A DNA stretch of 64,000 nucleotides from Camelus dromedarius (lineage: Eukaryota), in contig NC_087437.1 of NCBI RefSeq assembly GCF_036321535.1, positions 55,678,001-55,742,000 of the forward strand. The letters run 5' to 3'. Below the pieces are notes generated by a model. It did not search any database and was not told where the DNA came from. It saw only the letters and a program-made list of their open reading frames with translations. Below are positions 10,103 through 25,045 of the stretch, one piece after another; positions within the stretch are counted from its first letter, which is position 1, and every line of letters starts with the position of its first letter. A program made the position numbers and the translations under genes.

Positions 10103-13100
10103 CAGGTAAAGGATTTTTATCCTCAAATTGTAGATATGGAACCTAAAATCTTTTTTCTTGTTTTGATTTGTTCGTTTAATGTATTCCATGAGCTTATTTA
10201 CTTTTTGGTGTTGGGTGGGAAAGACAAAGGCATGAGTAAGATGCAGTCCTAGACCTCAGGGAATCCAGAGAAGGACTACACTCATAGAAATACTACAATG
10301 AGCTGCAGGGAAGGATGGAGGGCTCTGCACACGCAGGCTGGGGACTGCCTTGGAGGCAGCAAGCTGGAAGGGTGACTCTAGTTACTAGCATCTATTAAGG
10401 TTCCTCAAAATGCTCTATACAGAAATATATTTGACTCTTAGGAGGTAAATGAAACTGTGACACCCAAATTCAGATTCAGGAAAACACAATATTGTACACA
10501 TTCCTGATGTGAGGAATTCAGAGAGACGTTACATCAATACCCTGAGATTATGATTTGGTAAGTCTAGATGGAGCCTCAGAATTGCATTGTGAACATTTTG
10601 ATTCATGTGCTTCTCATACCACCCTTGGAAAACAGCTCTCGGAGGCCTTCTGGTGCTATGCGTTTCCCAGTTAATTTTAGGTTTAGGATTACACTGATGC
10701 CTCCCTCTGAGAAATGGGGCAGGGGAGGGGAAGGAATGCAAATGCAGCATTTTTATCAAGCACCTCAGACGATTTGTTTGCATACCCAATTTTGAAAACC
10801 AATATATACAGTGAGGCAAACTGGGACCCAATGTCCCAGTGGAAGCTCATAAAAAGGTACCCAGTGGTCTGAACTGCAGAGGCACATGCCTTCCCCAAGA
10901 CAGACTCCATGTTCTCACTTTACTTAAAAGCCAAATGGATTGTGAGATTAAAGTGGCAATTTTCAATCTGTTTCAAGTCAAGAGAGCCAAGTTTTTGATT
11001 AGCTGTTTTGAAGCTCAAATTTGTCCTGACAGGGTTTCCATCTCCTTTAAAGAACTCACTGAGGAATAGTCCTCAAGCAACAAGTGATGGATGGATAAAG
11101 CACTATAATTATGATCAAAGTCCAAAGACTCCAGTCTATGTAATTATGCACTTCCCAGCCTCTGAAAGTCACTTTGTTCCATTTAAAATAGGATGAGAAA
11201 TGGACATGGGGTGATGTGTACTTTTTGGTTAGTCAAGGTTTGGGAAATGACAGTTATTAACATTTCTGTTTTACCTTAAGCCATAATATTTGGGGGATAA
11301 TTTAGATGGAGGGAATTGTCACTCCATTCTTATTGTTTGCCCTCCATTCTCCACTTATATCTGACCCTCTTTTTATTACGAATTGGACTCTTTGAAGTTC
11401 AGAATGAAATCATTACGCTTAGAAGAAATGTAAGGGCTCAAAATCTCCGTGCCCCTTTCAAATCTCCAGTACCTTTTTCTTTCGTTTCAAATGAGCAAAC
11501 TTAATTTGTCAAGTTGAACAGCAAACACCCATTCTCACTTTTCATTAACTCAGGCAGCTGTTTCATAATTGAGGGCGATACCAGCGTCATCATAATGTTA
11601 AGACCGATAAAGCGTTTTGAGTCAGGAAATACAAAATGGGAAGCTGGTGTGGTGATTTAATCAGCCACATGCTTCCCTAAAGTAGATTTTTAACGTAAGC
11701 TTTTTACAGATAGTGCTATAGATTGAAATAAATAATAGAATATATACAGATTCATAATAGGGGTAACTCTGTATTAGAGACTTTTGCTTTGAAATTTAAG
11801 TATGTTATGTCTTCCGATTGTTGATTGCAGTTAACTTATCCCCCAATCATATTCTGAAATTTCATCAAGGTGGTCAATTTTTAAAGCTTCCTTAAAAATA
11901 CCAAGCTTTAAATATTTTATTTGAAATTCAGCACTAGTTTTTCTTTTCTCTTTTTTTTTCCTTACTCGGTGAACCTCCATTTTTGTGCTTGAACTTAGTA
12001 GTGTCATTTACTCAACTTCATAATTATATGTATTGAAGCTTTCAATGAGAAAACTCACTTTCTTCCAACTTTTTTGTTGCAACCTCCTCTAAACCAAAAG
12101 GGCTAATAAGATGTATGTTTCCATTTTATTTTTCTTCTTAATAGTTTTCTCTCAGGCAATGAATGAAAAACTTTCCACTTGACTGGATTTTCAAACTAAA
12201 TTATGAGCAATTAAGAAACTTCTAGTCAAAATGAATTTTTTCCCAGCATTTCAATTGATACTATTGAATGTGATAAATCTTTGCACCTTCACAAGCTGTT
12301 TTATTGGGTGTCTGGTAGAGGCTGAAATGGCTTGAACATTTCAATGTTAGTGAAGAGATCTCGGTGGGTGACAGCTACCTGGTAACGCTGGTGTAAATGT
12401 AGGCCATCTTAGATGACACATTTATAGAGTCTTATGCTGAATCATGTCTTCACTGAGCGGAAGCCTCGTTCATGAAAGCACGACTTGCCCTTCTGTCTGA
12501 CGTTTGAGGACTAACTTTATATTCCTACATAAAATGTATATAAAATTTTACCTGTTAAGTCTTGAGCCTTTCAAAGCAGTAAAATGGAATCTTTTTCCTC
12601 TCTCCATTTCTCCTTCCTGTCTTCTTTCATAGAAACTCTGTATAGCTTTGCTTCTTGGAAGGACAGAATATACCCAAAAAAGCTAAAAATATCACAAAGC
12701 ACTTTCAAAAACACCAGTCCCACCTTTGCTCTGCAAAAGTGAAATTGGGGCATTTTTTTAAGTGAGAAAAAATTATGACAGCTATGTATCAAAAACAAAA
12801 ATACAAATAAAACTGACAAAATATATAACTTTTGCATTTTATCAGAAAATTGTTTTTTATTATCTAGTTTATCTGAGTTGCTAAGCAAATTTTAAAGGAG
12901 TTTTGTAAATTATCAAATATTTAAATAAATTGATAAATACTGTTAGTTGGGGTGACAAAGGAATAAAAAAAGGGAAATGACAGAGGCTTAAATAATCCAA
13001 CCTTATTGTAAACTACAAAATTATTCAATAATGCCCAGTAAATATTACTGAGTGAATATATAAGAAATTTAAAATTCAAAGTTTTCAAGTACTGGTTTTA

Positions 13101-13689
13101 CCATATCAAGTCTTCTAGCATCAGCTGAACTAAGTGTAAGGTGAAGGAATGTCTTTAAAGCTCAGGTAGAAACACAAATGTCAGAGCACGGTAGGTAGTC
13201 TCATATGAAACCTTCAAATAAAAGTACTTGTAACTTGATATTAATGATATGAAAATCTATTAGACAAATGACATGTTCTCAACAACAGTGGAAGCCAACC
13301 AACCAAATCTAGTAAAACAGTTGTTTGCCATGTCATCTTTTAAACCCATAATTTTTATACATAAATAACAATCATAAAATAATTCCGATGTTTTATTATA
13401 TAAATTACTCAGGCCCTTTCCATTTGTCATACATTTTGCACTATCATAAGTAAGTGCATGAGAATCTCATCATACCAATGCAACTTAATACATTAATTTC
13501 CCTGATCGAACATTTAGTTTGGTTATTATAAATTAAAATTTTTATATAGCCACTTTTGAGTTATTTTCTTGGGATCATTCCATGGAACAAATATTTAAGG
13601 AAAGCAAACTAATACATATTCAGTCTATACTAACTGCCATGTAATTTACCCATGTTACTCACGTAATACATTTTTTCTGCCTAAGCAGT

Positions 13690-14610
13690 ATGCCCAGTTT
13701 GCAGATGAGAAAATGATCCTCAGGGGGATAACTAGCTTAACCAAGATGACTTCCCTAGTACGTGGAAGGAACTCCTGGTATTTTCATTTTCACCAGAGTC
13801 GTAATTTAAACCCAAGACTATCCAATCTAAAGAACTTTGCTGCTTCCCCGACAATATGCTGCCATCTAAGAAGTAAGAGGGTTGGTGAATAGAAGTGTAT
13901 GTATCTTTTCAAGTTTCTGGAAAATATTACTCTTTAAAAGAGCATGCCAATGACTTTTGCCAAAGAGTTAAAGCTTTAGATATTATTTTGAAATTTTACT
14001 AATTTAAGAGATGTGAAGTGACATGTGGTTTTAATTAGCACTTTTTAATAACTAGAGCAACTACAGAAACCACAATTACTAATTTTCTGAGATCTCAACG
14101 TTTGAACTTGTATATTTAGAAAATGAGGATGAGTCAGAAACCGTTGAATGTCTAGTATTTATTGAATGTTCACTATGTGCTAGAAACTGTTCTGTGCACC
14201 TTACATACTCAATTCAATTTACATATTTAGTACTCAAATCGCCTTAAGAGGTATTTACTAGCATTATCTATTGCCAACCAAAAGACAGTGGTATAATGTT
14301 TGAGACTGAATTTTGTGACCAGGGTGACTTGGTTCAAATCCTCTCTGCCAGTTGTTAGCTCTCCCAACTTAATCTCTGCGTTTGTTTTCTCATGTAGAAA
14401 TGAGCATGATAGTTTACCTACCTGACAGGGTTGCTCTGAGAAGTAAATTAGTTAATTGTATAAACGACTTAAAGACAGCAACTGGCACATAGTAAGCACT
14501 TTATATGTTATAACACTTATTATTCTTATTCTACAGATGAAGAAATTGAGGCACAGAGAGGCTGTGTAGCCTACCAGGTTAAAATAGCTAGACATTGGTG
14601 GAGATGAGTA
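13690..14610. mobile_element. Cluster of MIR SINEs (about 13690-13870, 14150-14270, 14285-14520, 14520-14610)
   Basis: MIR core motifs cagatgagaaaat, acagatgaagaaattgaggcacagagagg and tggcacatagtaagcact. Confidence 0.8.
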
Positions 14611-15899
14611 GGATCTTGATTTCTACATTATTTTTTTTATGGTCTAACCTTAACTCCCAGTAAATTCTATGTAGGGATGATTTTTGTCATAGATTTTTTT
14701 TTTCATGCTTAGAGACCCTAAAAAAATGACTGTTTATCATTCTAGAAAAGCAGTTTGAATCTAAAGAGGGGACATGTTACCAAGGATCTTTTTTACCATT
14801 GAAACAACCCTAGAAATATTTTGAGAACAGTCTATTCTGTCTCTGGAGGTACATGAGTTCCAGTAATAGTAACGAGGACCTTGCACACAAGGATTCAACT
14901 TCGAAAGTGTGGCGTGGCCCAATTTGGAAACTTGAGACCTCTTCAAAAACTCTTTTTTAATTTTTGTTTGTTTGTTTGTTTGTTTTTAAATCATTGCTTT
15001 TGCTCCCCCACTGCTGTTAATAATTCACAAAGCCCTCATTCCCTAATTTCTGTTATGAAACTTGCTCACTTAATTAGAATCCTCTTCCACATACCTAAAT
15101 TACTTCTGCTTTTTTTTTTTTTCCCATTTCCACTCTAGCAAAGTGATATTTTTTTCCAGAGTGGTATTTTGACTTGCTACACCTTTACAACAGACTTTTC
15201 CCTCCATCTTTGACCTTTTCTTTTCTTTTACTCCTCTGATGGCTTGTCTTAACAGAAAGCTGTTCTTTCTCTGAAAACACCCATATTTCCCATGGTTCTT
15301 CAGCAAAAGAAAAGCCATCTACGTATACTCCTTTTTATTTAAGAGAAGAAACTAATGTATTTCACACTCAACACTGCTGTTTTCAGGTCATTGTTTACCC
15401 ACCACCACTCAACACTTCCACGTCTTCTGAGTCCTCTTCTATCAAAGTGGCTTACTGACTTCAGGACAACATGCTGACTTTAGGAGCTTCTCCTATATAA
15501 CCCAGCTCCATTTTCTTCTTTACTTCTGCCAGCTCTTTGGGAACTCCAGTATCCCTTCGATGACCTTAACATAATGTGGCCTCACATTTCCTTGGCTTCC
15601 TTAACTCAAAGAGGTCCTATTTCTACTCTATTCCAGTTACCAACCCGCACAACCTTGTCCTGGACTTCCTCATTACTGAAGTTTTTCCAGTCCCAACTCA
15701 AACCACCTCACACTTCCATTCTGGTCAAAATCTACTATCCTTTTACCCCTTTCACACCTCCAGCCTGCACTGAACCCATTCCCATCTGCACACTCTCACA
15801 ATCTCCCCTGCAAAAACCCAATTCCTTGTTCAAGATTTGTCTTAATGTCTATTTATTTCTTTTGTGCATGTTTGACTACAAATTTCTGTCCACCTACTA

Positions 15900-16230
15900 G
15901 CCCTTCACTACTCAAAGGGAAGTACTTGGAATAATACAGAATCTGGGGTCCTCTGTCAGTCCTACTAAATGAAAATTTGCCTTTTAGTAAGAACTCAGGT
16001 GAATTTATGAACACTAAATTTAAGAAGCATCACTCTAGCCTAGGTGGTTTTCCAGGTATACTCCTGAGAAACAGAGTCATAGCAGCACCCAAGAGTGTGG
16101 CAGAAATGCAGATTCCCAGGTCCCATCTGAGCCCTACTGAGTCAAGAAACCTGGAGTTGTGGCCCAACAATCTGTATTTTAACACACTCTTCAGGGGATT
16201 CCGATGCACACTGAACTTTGATATCCTACT
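15900..16230. mobile_element. Two MER5-family hAT MITEs
   Basis: Motifs agaaatgcagattcccaggtcccatc, cctactgagtcaagaaac, aatctgtattttaaca and aactcaggtgaatttatg. Confidence 0.75.
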
Positions 16231-17489
16231 TATACAACTTTCAAGGGGAGGCACTGTCATTTATTTCGATATTCTTTGAGTATATATAGAAGGTAATTTA
16301 CAAATGCATAATAAATGAACGAGTGAGTAGACGAATGGATGAGTGAATAAAGCTTTTGCTTAATCACAGATAATGTCGTACATTTCTTCTCTGATAATGC
16401 CATCAAACTTTATTCATATTTCTCTAAAGGTATTTGTATTTACTTAAATAACCAAGCTTTTAATTATTTCTGAATATATGCAATGTCTAACATTGAGTCC
16501 TATACATAATAGGCATTCAACAACTGTTTAATTTAGTTAAAATATTTCTGTTCTACATTTTAATGTTTTTTATTCTTTCCCCCTCACTCCTTATCTACCT
16601 TTCCCTCACTTGATACAGATCCCAGATCAGATCAAATAAAGAACCAATGTAAATATCTGTGCTAAGACAATGACTGATAGGTATGTCTAACTTCTGTGAT
16701 GAGCAGTTGACCAAAGTCATTAAATATGACTTACAAGCTAATTTCAACAACCTCCCTCTTAGAGGGCCCAACTCAACAGGTCTTCTGGTAACTTCTTTAG
16801 TCACAGTACGATTCAGAGGGCTGACGGAGAGGATCAATTGATTGTGTTTGCTTAGAAAGCCATTTCAAACTCTACATGGATGTTCTCAGGAAGCCTAACG
16901 TCTCTTCTATCATTTTCCTGATTCTGCTTGGGACAGTTGCCTGGTTACTGTGCGTGCAGCCCTCCTAGGAAGGCAAAGGTGGGACACTGTTAAAAAAAAA
17001 AAAAAAAGTGTCTGCCTTTCCTCCACCTCCTTGCTTTAGCAGTTTCTAAGAACAGAAAAGTTAGCACTAAAAATCATGAGTTTCAAAATAAGTGGACTAA
17101 AGAATATGCATGAGTTTTAAAAATATTACTATTTATTTCATTTGCAATGTAAATACCACTTCTTTTAAAGAAATAAATATTAAGAAACCCAATGAGATGA
17201 ACTGCATTTATAAGCTTAGAGATTTCTACATGGGAAGATTAAATAACTCATTTTAAAGGTGGTTTCACAATAGTATCTCTTCAAAGGTATCTTATAATAT
17301 GCTACCCTCTAGTAGGAATTCAATTTCTATAATTTTAAATAAAATATATAGTATCAAATTTTTGAGCAAAAAAAGTAGAAGGGAAAGAGGAAGAGGAGAT
17401 AAAAAAATCTTTCAATGACAGTGTATGCTCAGATGTCATGGCCTCTTAATTGCAATTTGACCCCTTCCCTTCTAACATTTTAAGTCCCC

Positions 17490-17706
17490 AGCTCCTTACT
17501 ATGCTACTTTGTCCATATAATACACATCACCTTCCAAAATACAATTTCATTTACTTATGCTTACCGTTTCTTATCTGTCTCTCCACAGTGGAAGGTAAGC
17601 TCCATGAGAGCTGAATATTTGTCGACTCCGTGCCCTGATTTATCCCACTTAGAACAGAGCCTGGTATGTGTGGGTGCTCAGTGAATAGCTGTTCATTGAA
17701 TGAATT
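17490..17706 (+). mobile_element. L2 3' end
   Basis: Motifs gtaagctccatgagag, agaacagagcctgg, gtgctcagtgaata and a terminal tgaatgaat. Confidence 0.85.
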
Positions 17707-18229
17707 ATGGAGAAACAATTAATAAAAATTCCTTAGTCACTATTGGTTTTCCTGATGACTAAGCTGCAATTTCTGTAAAATAATTTTTAAATCTTATTGA
17801 AAAATAAGTTATTTTTTCTTTCATCAGGAAAATGAGGCTTTTTTTTTTTTAGGGATAAATAACTGACCCAAAGTCACAGGGCTGCCCGGGGGAGAGTCGA
17901 GACTTACAGTCAGCATTTGACACTCAGTATTCAGTGTTCTTCTCACTAAACTTTGTCACCTATCCTGTTTGTAAGCCTGGATATCTTGTTTGTCCAAACC
18001 CGTCATAATTGTTCAAGGTTTTATTATGTAAAACCCTTTCACATCTAGTATTTGAGGCCCAGAGCTATTATTAATTCCATTTTTATAGATAAAGAACCTG
18101 AAGGTATAGAGCTAGTGACTTGCTGAACATCACACAGATGCTTCCTTGAGCAAAGGTAGGATTAAATCCCTGTAATCGAATCAAATAGGATTTGTTACTA
18201 CACAATTCTCTTGCAACTGTTGATTTGAA

Positions 18230-18900
18230 AAATGTACTGGGTACCACCTATGTGTCAAGCCCTATTCTAGATGCTAGTGAGTGAAAACTCATCCCCGCTA
18301 TCATGGGACTGGTATCTTCAGCCCACAAGTAAGTACTTGATGTGTTGGGCTCGTGGCAAGTCTCTGCATAAAAGTGAGGCAAGACAAGGGGTATGTAAAG
18401 AAAATGACAGGTTTGAAAAGAATGCTATATTAAATGAGATGGTCATCTAATAAGTCCTCTAGGGTTAGGACTTTGAGTAGAGATCCGAAGAGAATAAGGA
18501 AGAAATCTAGGGGAGAGAAAAAATTCCAGGGTGGGAGGAGATAGGAGTGGCTGGAACAGAGTGGGTAAGAATGAACAGATAAGAGATGAGATCATTTGTT
18601 AGGGAGCAGGGCTGCAGAGTGTAGATGTAAAGAAAAGGATTGACTTTTCTCTCATAAGAATTTTATTATCTTCTATTTTAAGGAATCGCTTTGGCTGTGT
18701 GCCATGTGGAGAACAGAGCATAGGGACCACGTCTAGGGACTACTGTTCTAGATGAGAATTGATGGTGCTTTGTACTAAAGTGGTAAAGAGTGGTAATATC
18801 AAGGATATATTTCCAAAGGTGGCCGATAGAATTGTCGAAGTTTATAGAGAAGGACTGTACTCTGGGCTTGGGTGTCTTCCATAGAGGGCATCTGGTTTCC
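18230..18900 (-). mobile_element. L2 fragment
   Basis: Motifs cacctatgtgtcaagccctattctagatgct, gtggctggaacagagtgg and ttggctgtgtg...tggagaacag. Confidence 0.7.
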
Positions 18901-21900
18901 ACAGCATGGCATCACCTTTGACAATACCTGTTAATTCCAAGCTAGCTCTCAAACTTGAAAGTTTAGAAGCCTGATGTTTCAGTACAGGATCAGTTTCTTG
19001 GTTAACACTCAGACTGATATACAAAAATGAGAAAGCCAATATATCATCTCTTTTAATGGGAAATATGACCATCTTGAATAAGCTGCTGTTGGTTAATAAA
19101 CATATTGTCCTCCTGTAGACATACTGTATGGGATGGCATATGCGATTCAGAATGTTGCTGGCTAAATGTGGCACTGGAGGGTCAGTGGATAGTTTGATGG
19201 CCTGATGTATCCATCTCCATATAGCTAACTCCAAAAAGATATACAGACTGAAAGGACCTTATAGACACTCATGTTCTTGGGCCAGAATATACATGTGCCA
19301 GGACAGAGCTGGAGACCCAATAAAATATACTTCTTTTCTTGTTCCTCAACCTTGGCTGAAGACCAACAAATTCTCTACCCCACCTTGACTGCACATTTTT
19401 TCTTTAGAAATGTTAGTACATTTGATCAGATTTCACTCTGGTTTTGACCTGAGATCATTTCTATCTCTTTTATGACTTTGCTAATGAGATTCATTATATT
19501 TTTGTTTTACTCACAAAAGGCAATTAATCTTAGTTTAAGTTTTTGAGTTGTCCCCATTATATATCACTGTTATAAACTTATATAGTTCTCCTAAAACTCT
19601 GCTCAGTAATTATCTGCTCAATTTAAACTGATTGAATCAAAATAAGTAATAGTTTTCTTTTCAAATCATGGTACTTGCTGCTGCTGGTGGTGGTGGTGTT
19701 TATATCATAATATTAAAGAAACCTAATTTCTAGATTTCTCAGTTGAGTCTACCAAAAACTAGACCTCTTTGGATGTATGCTATGCAAGCTTTTATGAGCT
19801 GTGATTGTTAAGTAAAAATTCCTTGAGTGTTTAATTTTCTTAAAGCTTTTGCCCTAAACCATGTTTCATTTATAATAAGATACTTGTCTAGTTGTCTATA
19901 ACTTTTATCTTTTTATGGGATTAAATCTATACAGATTCTTAAGTCTTTGTTTTTTTTAACACCAAAAGAGTGTGTTAGAGAGGAGCATCTCAAGTCTTTC
20001 ATGTGGTTCTTTGTGCTTGGGGGAGAAATGGTTGAATTTCAGCCCACCCTCCACTAGGGCTGAAGAGATTAAAGAATGACATGGTGATTAGATACTTTCT
20101 TTATGTGTGTTTGTTATTCATAGTAAATGATATGTACCTAATCTCCCATTTATTTGTGAAACAACTTTGTGCTCATTACCTAAACCTGGAAAAGCATGAG
20201 ACCCATTTGCCAGCAATATTTCTTAAAGTACAAAACCGGTTGAAGCACCCCAATAAACATACAAAATATTTACTTAAGTAAAAGAACGTTAACACAAGGT
20301 TTTGATTTTGAAATTTTTTTCCCAAAGAAATGAATGACAAGAGATCTTTCATGACAAAGTGAAAATGTAGATTATTAAAATGGAAATGTATAGGAAAGAA
20401 GATAAGTTATGTTTTCTACATGCTGTAAGACAAGAAAATCGTTTTCATCTTAAAATCAATTCATGATTATTTTGCTTACTGGCTTTGATAATAGAACATA
20501 AAAGTACCTGAGGTTACTATTTAGAATATTTATTCTAAGGTTAAAAAGTGTACACATTTGTGAAATATATATTATTTTTTTGAATAACATAATTTTAAGA
20601 AGTACTTTTCAGCTGAAACTTTGTGGGAAAGAGATGATATTACTAATGATGACTTTGCAAGAGACTAGAGTTCTCAGCTATGCCAATGTTGTAATGGCTC
20701 TTTTCCAAAAATATCTATCTAAAAAAAGTCCTAAAGAAATGATCACTAGAGTAAGTTGGAAAATCTAGAAATCACAAAGCCCTTTCACATTTGCATTAAT
20801 GACCTATGCATTTAGAAATCTCATGCACTGAAATACCTCACACTCAGATTTCAACATAAAATGTCCTGGCCTCCAACTCTTTCGTGCCATGTCCTCTTAT
20901 TTTCCATTGTCACATGTCCTCAACATAATTTTTTTGTTCTGCTTGATGAGCTGGAAGGGATCTTAATTGAGTTAGCGGAGAGAAGCCAAAAGTTTGCTTT
21001 CGCATTCCACTGAGAACACCTGGGTGGGAAGATCACAGGACAGCTCTTGAAATGTAGTGCCCTGCAATGAAATTTACAATGATTTCAAGCCTCTATCATC
21101 AGTTAGGAAGAAATGCCGTAGCTAAACTTCTTGTGGACTAATGGCATTTGTGGAAGTAAAAAGAACATTTGTCATAATTTTCAAAGCTCCCTTTAGTCTA
21201 TTGGAACACAATGAAATGGAAATTGAGACATCTGTTTCTATAAAATTTAAAAATTAGGGAGACTTCTGGTTTAACTCCAGTGTGTAAAGAGCTCAGACAC
21301 TGTCACTTCTCTTACAGCAAGAAAAACTTGGGCCAACTGAAAAATCAGTAACTTTTCTTGTACCCATTAAAGAAGTGAGGTTATAGGATAAATAGCTACC
21401 CCCAAATCTGAAGAGATAGGTTCATCCAGAGACAGACACAGTAGAGATCTGCTTTGCTGCAGCAGAAGCCATAAAGTGGTGGGGACATTTAATTGATCAA
21501 TGGCTGGAGGCTGTGTCAACTAACTTAACAAGGGAGACCCTTTGAACTGCAGTCTTGGAAGACACCCATACTTTCCTGAGGTTCTACCAGGAACACTGTC
21601 AGGTTCTTACCATGAGGATCTGTGAAAGATCCCCCATTGAAGGGAAGGGAAAGGGGAACCATTGTGAAATAAATGGTTTTCTTTATAATATCACAAAAAA
21701 ACTAATATATAGCTCATCAGTTGGTAACCTTTCCTCTCAGGTCCCATTCAGGCTTAACACCTTAGTAAGGAGGAAAAATGATGTTGTTGAAAAATTGATA
21801 GGGGTCAGGGTTTCATGGAAATAGACTGAAATACTAGAGTCAGAAAAGGGGGTAGAGGTCAGGAGGAGTAAAGCTTTGCAGTGAAGAAACACTGGTGAGA

Positions 21901-23085
21901 TAATATACCTGCGATACAGAGCCATAAAAAGACTGAGATTTAATTAGAATCTCATAGAACCTTTTTCTGCCCCAACACCTTACCACTCCACCAAGTGGGC
22001 TCCAGTATAATCGTAGCTGAGTACAGACGAAAGAACTGCAAGGTACAGACTTTCACAAAAGAATGCCCAAAATCAAAAGAAGAGCTAAAAATAAGGGCAG
22101 TGGAGGAATCTGAAGCCTTTGACACCTATAACCACAGAAACCGTAATCACAGGCTGATTTCTAGCAATATGAACATGAATGATTACACTAAAGGCAAATT
22201 TACTTTAATATGGCAGCTTTTGACAAAACTGTCAAAGCATGTAGAAGCAGGAAAGTCAGAGTTTGAAGAACAAAACAGTCATAACCAGTCTCATATATGA
22301 CATAGGCGTTGAAATGATCCAAGAAGAGATTAATATGTTAAAAGCCCTAATGGAAAAAAGTAAAAAACATGTAAGAGCAGATGGATAATAAAAGAGAAAT
22401 GGAAAATTTAAGAATCAAAAGGAAATTATAGAACTCAAAAGTACTATGAAGTTATGATTTATCCCAGATATGCAAGGTTAGTTCAATATTCAAAAATTAG
22501 TTAATGTTATCTGTCACATCAACAGTCTAAACTAGAAAAAATCACATGATAATATCAATAGATGCAGAAAAAGTATTTGACAAAATCCAACATGCATTCA
22601 TGATGAAAACTCTCAGCAAACTAGGAATTAATGGAACTTTCCAAAGGTGATTAAATATGTATTACACACACACACATACACATACACACACAACCTACAG
22701 CTAACATCATACTTCATGATGAGAAACTAGAAGCCTTCCTGCTAAGATCAGGAACAGGCAAGGATGTTCCCTTTCACATTGCTTTCCATATTACATTTGA
22801 AGTTCTAATGAATAAAATAAGTCCTAAAAAAAAAAAAAAAGAAATAAAAGAAGAATATACAGATTGGGAAGGAAGAAATAAAACTCTCCTGTGTGCAGAT
22901 GATATGATTATCTATGTGGGAAATCCAAAAGAATCAACCAAAAAAAAAAAAAACCCTTTGGAATTAATAAGCAATTATAAGGAATGTTGCAAGACGTAAG
23001 TTTAACATACAAAAATAAATTGATTTTTTATATAACAGCAGTGAGCAAGTGGAATTTGAAATGAAAAAAATACTAAAAAGTATTT

Positions 23086-23260
23086 TTCTGTATAGCACAG
23101 GGAACTATGTTCAATATCTTATAATAAACTTTAATGAAAAAGAACATGAAAGTGAATATATGTATGTGTGTGCGTGACTGGGACATTGTGCTGCACACCA
23201 GAAATTGATACATTGTAACTGACTGTACTTCAATACAAAAAAATTTTTAAAAAAGAAAAA
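23086..23260 (+). mobile_element. Young camelid-type L1 3' end nested in the older L1
   Basis: ctgtatagcacagggaactat...tgctgcacaccagaaattga...tgtaactgactgtacttcaat followed by an A-rich tail. Confidence 0.85.
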
Positions 23261-23440
23261 CAGTATTATTGACATTAGCACACACAAAAAGGAACTAGTT
23301 AGGTATAAATCTAACAAAATAATAGTAAGATCTATATGTCAAAGTCTACCAAACACTGATGAAGTAAATCAAAAAATAGATATTCTATGTTCACAGATAG
23401 AAAGTCTCAATATTGTGTCCTTCCCAACCTGATCTATATA

Positions 23441-23631
23441 CAGTTGGGACTCCAACCCTCCACACAGTCAAAAATCTGCATATAACTTTGCAGTTGGCCC
23501 TCCATATCCATGGCCTGAATCTGCAGATTCAATGAACTGTGGATTGTGTACTGTGGTATGTAGTTATTGGAAAAAAATCTGCATATAAATGGACCCAGGA
23601 AGTTCAGACCTGTGTTGTTCAGGGTCAACTG
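23441..23631. mobile_element. TcMar-Tigger MITE (MER8-like)
   Basis: TA|CAGTTG...CAACTG|TA termini and a Tigger1-type end aaatggaccc...gttcagacctgtgttgttcagggtcaactg. Confidence 0.85.
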
Positions 23632-24183
23632 TACATTGAACTCAATCTGTATCAAAATCCCAGGAAGTTACTTTGTTGATATTGACAAACTGATTTTCAG
23701 TATTATACACAGAGGCAAAAGACTCAGAATAGTAAACAAGTTATTGAAGAACAAAGTTGGAGGACTTACATTACCCAAGCTCACGACTTAACATAAAGTG
23801 ACTAAGACAGTGGTATTTGGTGAAACAATAGATAAATTAATGGAACAGGATAGGGAGCCCCATGATATAGTCAACTGATCTCTGACAAAGGAGAAAAGGT
23901 ACTACAATAGGTAATAAATTGGGGCAAAGACAGTCCTTCAACAAATGTTGCTAAAATAAGCAGACATTCACCTGCACAAGAAAACAAAATCTAGACACAG
24001 ATCTTACACACTTCATAAAAATTAACTCAAACTTCATCATAGACCTAAATGTAAACCTCAAAACCATAACACTCCTAGAATATAACAGGAGGAAATCTAG
24101 ATGGCCTTGGATATGGCAATGACTTTTAAAATATAATACCAAAAGCATGATCCATGAAATAATCGATAAGCTGGACTTCATCA

Positions 24184-24995
24184 GCAAGAAAATGAAAAGA
24201 CAACCTACTGAATGGGAGAAGATATTTGCAAATATGTCTGATAAGGGGTTAATATTCAAATTATATTTAGAAAACTCATACCACTCAATAAAAAAAATTC
24301 CAATTGATAAACAGGCCAAGGACCTGAACAGACATTTTTCCAAAGAAGGCATACAGATGGCCAACAGGTACATGAAAAAGTGCTCACCACTAACCAGCAG
24401 GGAAATGCAAGTCAAAACCACAACGCAATATCACTTTAAGCCAGTCAGAATGACTTTTACCAAAAAGACAAATAACAAGTGTTGGTAAGGATGTGGAGGG
24501 TACATTGTTGGTGGGAATGTAAGTTGTTAAAACTACTATGTAAAACAGTATGGAGTTTCCTCTAAAATTAAAATTATAAATTTTATATTTATTGGTATTT
24601 ATCTGAAGAAAAGACTTGTTTGAAAAGATACATGCATCCCAATGTTCACTGTGGCATTATTTACAACAGACAAGATACTGAAGCAACCTAAATATATACC
24701 AACAGTGAATGGATAAAGAAGATACAGTGCATATAGACAGTGGAATATTACTCAGCCATAAGAAGAATGAAATCTTGCCATTTGTGACAACATAGGTGGA
24801 TTGAGGGTATATTGCGTTAAGTCAGACAGAGAAAGACAAATACTGTATGTTTTTACTTATATGTGGAATCTAACAAAGCAAAACAAACAGATATAACATA
24901 ACAGAAACAGACTCATAAAAAACAAGCTAATGGTACCAGAGGGATGGGGAGTCAGGGGATCAGCAAAGAGGTGAAGGAGATTAATAGGTACCAAC
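24184..24995 (+). mobile_element. L1MA9-like ORF2 C-terminus and 3'UTR
   Basis: Translates [41 protein letters not shown]. The 3'UTR motif ggaatattactcagccataa follows. Confidence 0.9.
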
Positions 24996-25045
24996 TACGT
25001 GTGTATATTTTAATAAAAGTGGAAGAGGGAAGGCTGATGGGGAGA

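Larger units (their letters stand above)
21257..24183 (+). mobile_element. Old L1 (L1M4/L1MC-like): 5' region and ORF1 start joined to decayed ORF2
   Basis: Starts gggagacttctggttt. ORF2 remnants from about 22455, including the RT motif LLCADDMIIYVGNPKEST (ORF 22808-22999) and NKVGGLTLP. Many stops and frameshifts. Confidence 0.85.

Noticed and set aside
24147..24488. 113-aa ORF with protein-like sequence, also ORFs 22808-22999 and 28351-28575
   Set aside because: These are decayed L1 ORF2 fragments, not host genes.
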